DNA from: Candidatus Thorarchaeota archaeon
GTDB lineage: Archaea > Asgardarchaeota > Thorarchaeia > Thorarchaeales > Thorarchaeaceae
Reading direction: 5' to 3'
DNA: 10,995 nucleotides
Assembly: GCA_048882485.1 (NCBI GenBank)
Contig: JBHLRP010000080.1
Location: forward strand, 1 to 10,995
Numbering within the stretch: the first letter of the stretch is position 1; every line of letters begins with the position of its first letter. Below are positions 7,919-10,995 of this stretch, piece after piece. The notes under the pieces were generated by a model. The model saw only the letters and a program-made list of their open reading frames with translations, was not told the origin of the DNA and did not search any database. The position numbers and the translations under genes were made by a program.

Positions 7919-9505
7919 ATGCTGGAAGAAAAGGTGTATAATGCACTAGAACAGGTTGTTGGTAGATCCAACATAACCAGAGCTCCAGCTATTCTGGACA
8001 CCTATGCCTTCCAGTGGTGCTTTGAGGTTGAGAGCGCTCAACGAGGAGAAGAACCCTCTAGGTTCGGCACAAGACCTGCTGCAGTTGTTCTCCCTAGGAC
8101 GACCGAAGAAGTTCAGTCCATAGTAAGAATCTGCAATGAAAATTCTGTCACGTTTAAAGCATACAGCACGGGAATGGGGCCATGGGCAGGAGTTTCGAAG
8201 CCGAGGGCGATTCAGATCGACCTGCGAAGGATGAATAGAATCATTGAGGTAGACCCGCAAAACATGTATGCTGTCATCGAGCCATACGTGACAAATGCAG
8301 AGCTGCAGTCCGAGTTATTCCAATATGGGCTCATGCATCATGCACAAGGTGCTGGCCCACAGACCTCTCCGCTAGCCAGTCACACCTCATTCGTTGGTCC
8401 AGGATTCACTTCTCCTTATACAGGATTCAGCGGGCGAAACCTTCTGGGTGCAGAGTGGGTTGCTCCAACAGGAAACTTGTTGCGGTTAGGTTCCTGCGAT
8501 CACACAGGAAAGTGGTTTTCAGGGGATGGCCCCGGATTCAGTCTCCGAGGAGTGATCAGAGGATGGCTAGGTGCATATGGAGGGCTTGGTGTCTTTACAA
8601 AGGCTGCAGTCAGACTGTTTTCTTTCCCGGCTCCTAAGGACTGGGAATGGAAAATGACAGGAACGATTCCTCATTACGAGTGGGAGGTCCCACCATTCTG
8701 GAAATTACTCGTGCTCAACTTCCAAGATTGGGAATCCTTCGAAGGTGCATTCTACGAAGTCAATGCATCTGATGCGGTCATGATGGCTACAGCCTCTTCG
8801 GCTGAAGGGCTTGCGGCTCTCTTCACGGATACCAAGATGGAAGCCATTGAGACAATCTTCGCTCAAGGGCTCCTTGAGCGAACCAAGAGATACTTCATTG
8901 TACTCATTGCAGCCCACACTGAGAGAGAGTACAACTACCGACTCAAGCTGATGAGAGCGATAATGGAGAATTACGGCGGTGAGGACCTCATTGAAGAAGG
9001 ACTCGTTTCTCCAAGATCGTCGCACTATGCGGAGTCAATCAGGAACATGCTTGGTGGACATGCATTCAGATTCTCCAACTGCTTCCAGAGCACTCACGGA
9101 GGAATGGACACTATCGCGTTGGCTGTGAGAATATCACAGATTAACCAACCAATCAAGGACAAATACATCGAGAAGGGTGTTATAGGAGATGACCGTGGCG
9201 AAGGTGTCTGGATTACAGGTTACGAGGCTGGCCACATGGCCCATCAGGAGGTCCCAACAGTCTATGATGCCGCATCCAAGGAGTCATGCCTAGGCTATGC
9301 AGAATATCAGGATGAGTGCAATGAAGTGGACCTTAAGAACGCCCTAGGCATGCCTTTCTTTGTAGTGGGTGACTCAGTCCATGACTATTTTGGGCCACGA
9401 ACCATGGACTATCCAAGATGGCTCAGAAAGATTAAATCAACCTTTGACCCGAATGGGGTTTCTGATTCATCCCACTATATCTCAGGTACAAGAGACACAA
9501 ACTAG
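7919..9505 (+). CDS. FAD-binding oxidoreductase subunit B, VAO/PCMH (GlcD-like) family
   Basis: PAAVVLPRTTEEVQSIVRICN, IDLRRMNRIIEVD..NMYAVIEPYVT, NLLGAEWVAPTGNLLRLGS, GAYGGLGVFTK, KIKSTFDPNG. The ATG abuts the upstream TAG, with SD GGAGGGAGG. Confidence 0.92.
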   Translation: MLEEKVYNALEQVVGRSNITRAPAILDTYAFQWCFEVESAQRGEEPSRFGTRPAAVVLPRTTEEVQSIVRICNENSVTFKAYSTGMGPWAGVSKPRAIQIDLRRMNRIIEVDPQNMYAVIEPYVTNAELQSELFQYGLMHHAQGAGPQTSPLASHTSFVGPGFTSPYTGFSGRNLLGAEWVAPTGNLLRLGSCDHTGKWFSGDGPGFSLRGVIRGWLGAYGGLGVFTKAAVRLFSFPAPKDWEWKMTGTIPHYEWEVPPFWKLLVLNFQDWESFEGAFYEVNASDAVMMATASSAEGLAALFTDTKMEAIETIFAQGLLERTKRYFIVLIAAHTEREYNYRLKLMRAIMENYGGEDLIEEGLVSPRSSHYAESIRNMLGGHAFRFSNCFQSTHGGMDTIALAVRISQINQPIKDKYIEKGVIGDDRGEGVWITGYEAGHMAHQEVPTVYDAASKESCLGYAEYQDECNEVDLKNALGMPFFVVGDSVHDYFGPRTMDYPRWLRKIKSTFDPNGVSDSSHYISGTRDTN

Positions 9506-9516
9506 GAAGTGAAACA

Positions 9517-9942
9517 ATGACATTCTTTGAAAGCAAAGAGCAATATATCCGAGTCTTTGAAACATTCTGGTCTCGAGCAATCAAGATTCAAGATGTCTAT
9601 GAAAAGCTCCTTGAGTCACGGATCCTCGTGAGATTCGATGTGACCCAGCCTGATGTCACAATGATCATCGACTTCAAAAACGAAGGACCTGATGGGCAAA
9701 TTGGCACCTTGACATTCGAACCAGGAAATGAAGAGCCTGACATTGTTGTATCTAGCAAGTCAGATGTTACAAACAAGTTCTGGCAGGGTAAATTGAGAAC
9801 TTCGGTAGCAATCGCCAAAGGCGATGTGAAACTCAAAGGATCTGTGCCGAAAGCCTTGGGTCTGATTGGCAAAATCAAGCCACTCGAGGCGATTTATATT
9901 GAAGTGCTAAAGGACTTGGGATACGATCAGCTCTTGATATAG
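9517..9942 (+). CDS. SCP2 sterol/lipid-binding domain protein (stand-alone)
   Basis: EPDIVVSSKSDVTNKFWQGKLRTSVAIAKGDVKLKGSVPKALGL matches the SCP2 pattern (PD.......D.....W.G.L....A...G.IK.KG). It starts 11 nt after the previous stop. Confidence 0.88.
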   Translation: MTFFESKEQYIRVFETFWSRAIKIQDVYEKLLESRILVRFDVTQPDVTMIIDFKNEGPDGQIGTLTFEPGNEEPDIVVSSKSDVTNKFWQGKLRTSVAIAKGDVKLKGSVPKALGLIGKIKPLEAIYIEVLKDLGYDQLLI

Positions 9943-10059
9943 GTGCCGCTGGATGGCAAAATAATCACCAGTATGAGGACATGGTTGGATAATCTATTTG
10001 TATCGAGTCTATGACAGGAAGTGCTATTTTCGGAGTTTTGTCGAGGATATTCGGTAGCC

Positions 10060-10506
10060 TTGACCGTCATAGATCCTACGAGCCCTATGCTAAAAATCGC
10101 TTTATCGACTACGAAATCCCAGTATGAGTTTTTCAAGAATATTGCTGAGGAGTCTGAGATAGAAGAGGTCAAGGCACTACTGATGCATCTCGTCGATTCT
10201 GAATCAAGAATGATTGACAAGATACAGCACATGATGGTGACAGGAATAGTTGATGAGTTGGAGGAACTCAATGCATCTGATGACACTGTTCCTGATCCAA
10301 CGCCATTTGATCCATCTAGAGCTCAAACAGATCCTAGAATCTATGTCTGTAATCAGGTTCTGGAAAGGAGCATCAAGACATATACACTGTATCTGAAACT
10401 GGCAACTCGAGCCAAGTCATCACTCATTAGTCAACTCCTTGAATACCTAGCTCAGCTTCAAAAACGCCAAATCGATGACCTGCGAGAGTTTTGTAGGTGC
10501 TACTAG
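10060..10506 (+). CDS. Ferritin-like/rubrerythrin-fold four-helix protein with degenerate diiron site
   Basis: Two-fold helical repeat: LKIALSTTKSQYEFFKNIAEESEIEEVKALLMHLVDSESRMIDKI and NQVLERSIKTYTLYLKLATRAKSSLISQLLEYLAQLQKRQIDDL, joined by a Pro/Asp linker. The start is uncertain: in-frame TTG 10060 after GAGG is preferred, the ORF track uses GTG 10021, and ATG 10087 is also possible. Confidence 0.72.
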   Translation: MTVIDPTSPMLKIALSTTKSQYEFFKNIAEESEIEEVKALLMHLVDSESRMIDKIQHMMVTGIVDELEELNASDDTVPDPTPFDPSRAQTDPRIYVCNQVLERSIKTYTLYLKLATRAKSSLISQLLEYLAQLQKRQIDDLREFCRCY

Positions 10507-10507
10507 C

Positions 10508-10523
10508 GCGTTGAAATCAGCGC
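10508..10523 (+). terminator. Small hairpin immediately after the ferritin-like gene stop (possible 3'-end structure)
   Basis: GCGTTG-AAAT-CAGCGC forms a 6-bp stem with one G-U pair. There is no U-tract, so the function is uncertain. Confidence 0.25.
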
Positions 10524-10526
10524 AAT

Positions 10527-10541
10527 GAACAAGATAATAAG
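10527..10541 (+). promoter_or_regulatory. Possible BRE/TATA promoter for ssb or its leader RNA
   Basis: Purine-rich GAACAAG followed by ATAATAAG. This is the most AT-rich box in the 5' part of the intergenic region and would put the TSS near 10560. Confidence 0.35.
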
Positions 10542-10690
10542 CAAACACTTGGGACACAGGAGTGCAGGTACACCGACTACTAGGCGCAATTCTGATACGT
10601 GGTCTAGAGAGAGGGGTCCGTCCCGAATCGTACATCACCGAGGAACACGCTTGTTTTGAACGTCCTGCAATACATTCGAGAGTATTTACT

Positions 10691-10995
10691 ATGAGTTACG
10701 AAAGAGAGCCGATTGAGGCTACTATCGCCGAACTTCGGCCGAGAATGAAGAACATCACCATCACCTTCAAGGTTTTAGAGAAAGGCGAAGAGCGCGAGGT
10801 TTCATCCCGCCGTGATATGACCACACACCGCGTCCTAGATGCGATTGTTGGAGACAGCACCGGGACAGTGGCGGTTCCTCTATGGGACGACACTATCGAT
10901 GCCCTCGAGGCTGAAAAAACCTACCTTCTAAAGAATGGGTACACGGGCTTATTCAAAGGAAATCTAAGATTGAATATTGGCAAATATGGTGAGCT
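10691..10995 (+). CDS. ssb: Single-stranded DNA-binding protein, single OB-fold crenarchaeal/hSSB1 type (3'-partial)
   Basis: Manual translation: MSYEREPIEATIAELRPRMKNITITFKVLEKGEEREVSSRRDMTTHRVLDAIVGDSTGTVAVPLWDDTIDALEAEKTYLLKNGYTGLFKGNLRLNIGKYGE... It has the Sulfolobus-SSB-like motifs AIVGD.TG...LW and NGY...FKG...LNIGK.G. It is absent from the ORF track because the stop lies outside the window. Confidence 0.92.
   Translation, partial: MSYEREPIEATIAELRPRMKNITITFKVLEKGEEREVSSRRDMTTHRVLDAIVGDSTGTVAVPLWDDTIDALEAEKTYLLKNGYTGLFKGNLRLNIGKYGE

Noticed and set aside
5187-9505. Naming the trio glcE-glcF-glcD (glycolate oxidase) or heterodisulfide reductase hdrD
   Set aside because: Similarity is at family level only. 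The GEHG motif is absent and there are no hdrE/hdrA or glycolate-pathway genes in the window.
9943-10059. Terminator of the operon or promoter of the ferritin-like gene
   Set aside because: There is no convincing U-tract, hairpin or TATA consensus, so I cannot tell whether the ferritin-like gene belongs to the operon.
10561-10680. 5S rRNA, tRNA, C/D-box sRNA or known riboswitch in the ssb upstream region
   Set aside because: There is only a faint GTCCCGAA resemblance to 5S loop C, with no other 5S signatures, no cloverleaf/TTCGA arm, no RUGAUGA C box and no recognisable riboswitch consensus.
487-10893. Other short alternative-frame and antisense ORFs in the track (e.g. 1839-2258 +, 3748-4101 -, 6461-6826 -, 9927-10286 -, 10447-10638 -, 10696-10893 -)
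   Set aside because: All overlap motif-supported + strand genes and show no recognisable domains. 10696-10893 is the shadow of ssb.

Overview
Archaeal-style window with all credible genes on the + strand. It is most likely from an Asgard archaeon such as Thorarchaeota; this is inferred from the TATA-type promoter, GGAGG/GAGGTG ribosome-binding sites, a Sulfolobus/hSSB1-type single-OB SSB and the style of the surface protein. Contents in order: (1) a 5'-truncated secreted/membrane protein with a beta-helix, an Ig-like domain, Ca-binding TSP3-like repeats and about 10 TM helices; (2) a tightly coupled 7-gene operon (2956-9942) encoding a PadR regulator, a FixC/geranylgeranyl-reductase-family flavoprotein, a FixX-like ferredoxin, VAO/PCMH-family flavoprotein A, a 2x[4Fe-4S]+2xCCG (GlcF/HdrD-like) protein, VAO/PCMH-family flavoprotein B and an SCP2 lipid/sterol carrier, preceded by a TATA box and a 33-bp dyad with two GTAG-N4-CTAC palindromes; (3) a ferritin/rubrerythrin-fold protein that has lost most diiron ligands; (4) a 3'-truncated ssb missed by the ORF track, behind a 184-nt possibly structured intergenic region. 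The best candidate for an undescribed system is the PadR-regulated operon, which looks like an O2-independent redox module for a hydrophobic (lipid/sterol/prenyl-phenol-like) substrate. The substrate cannot be determined from sequence alone.
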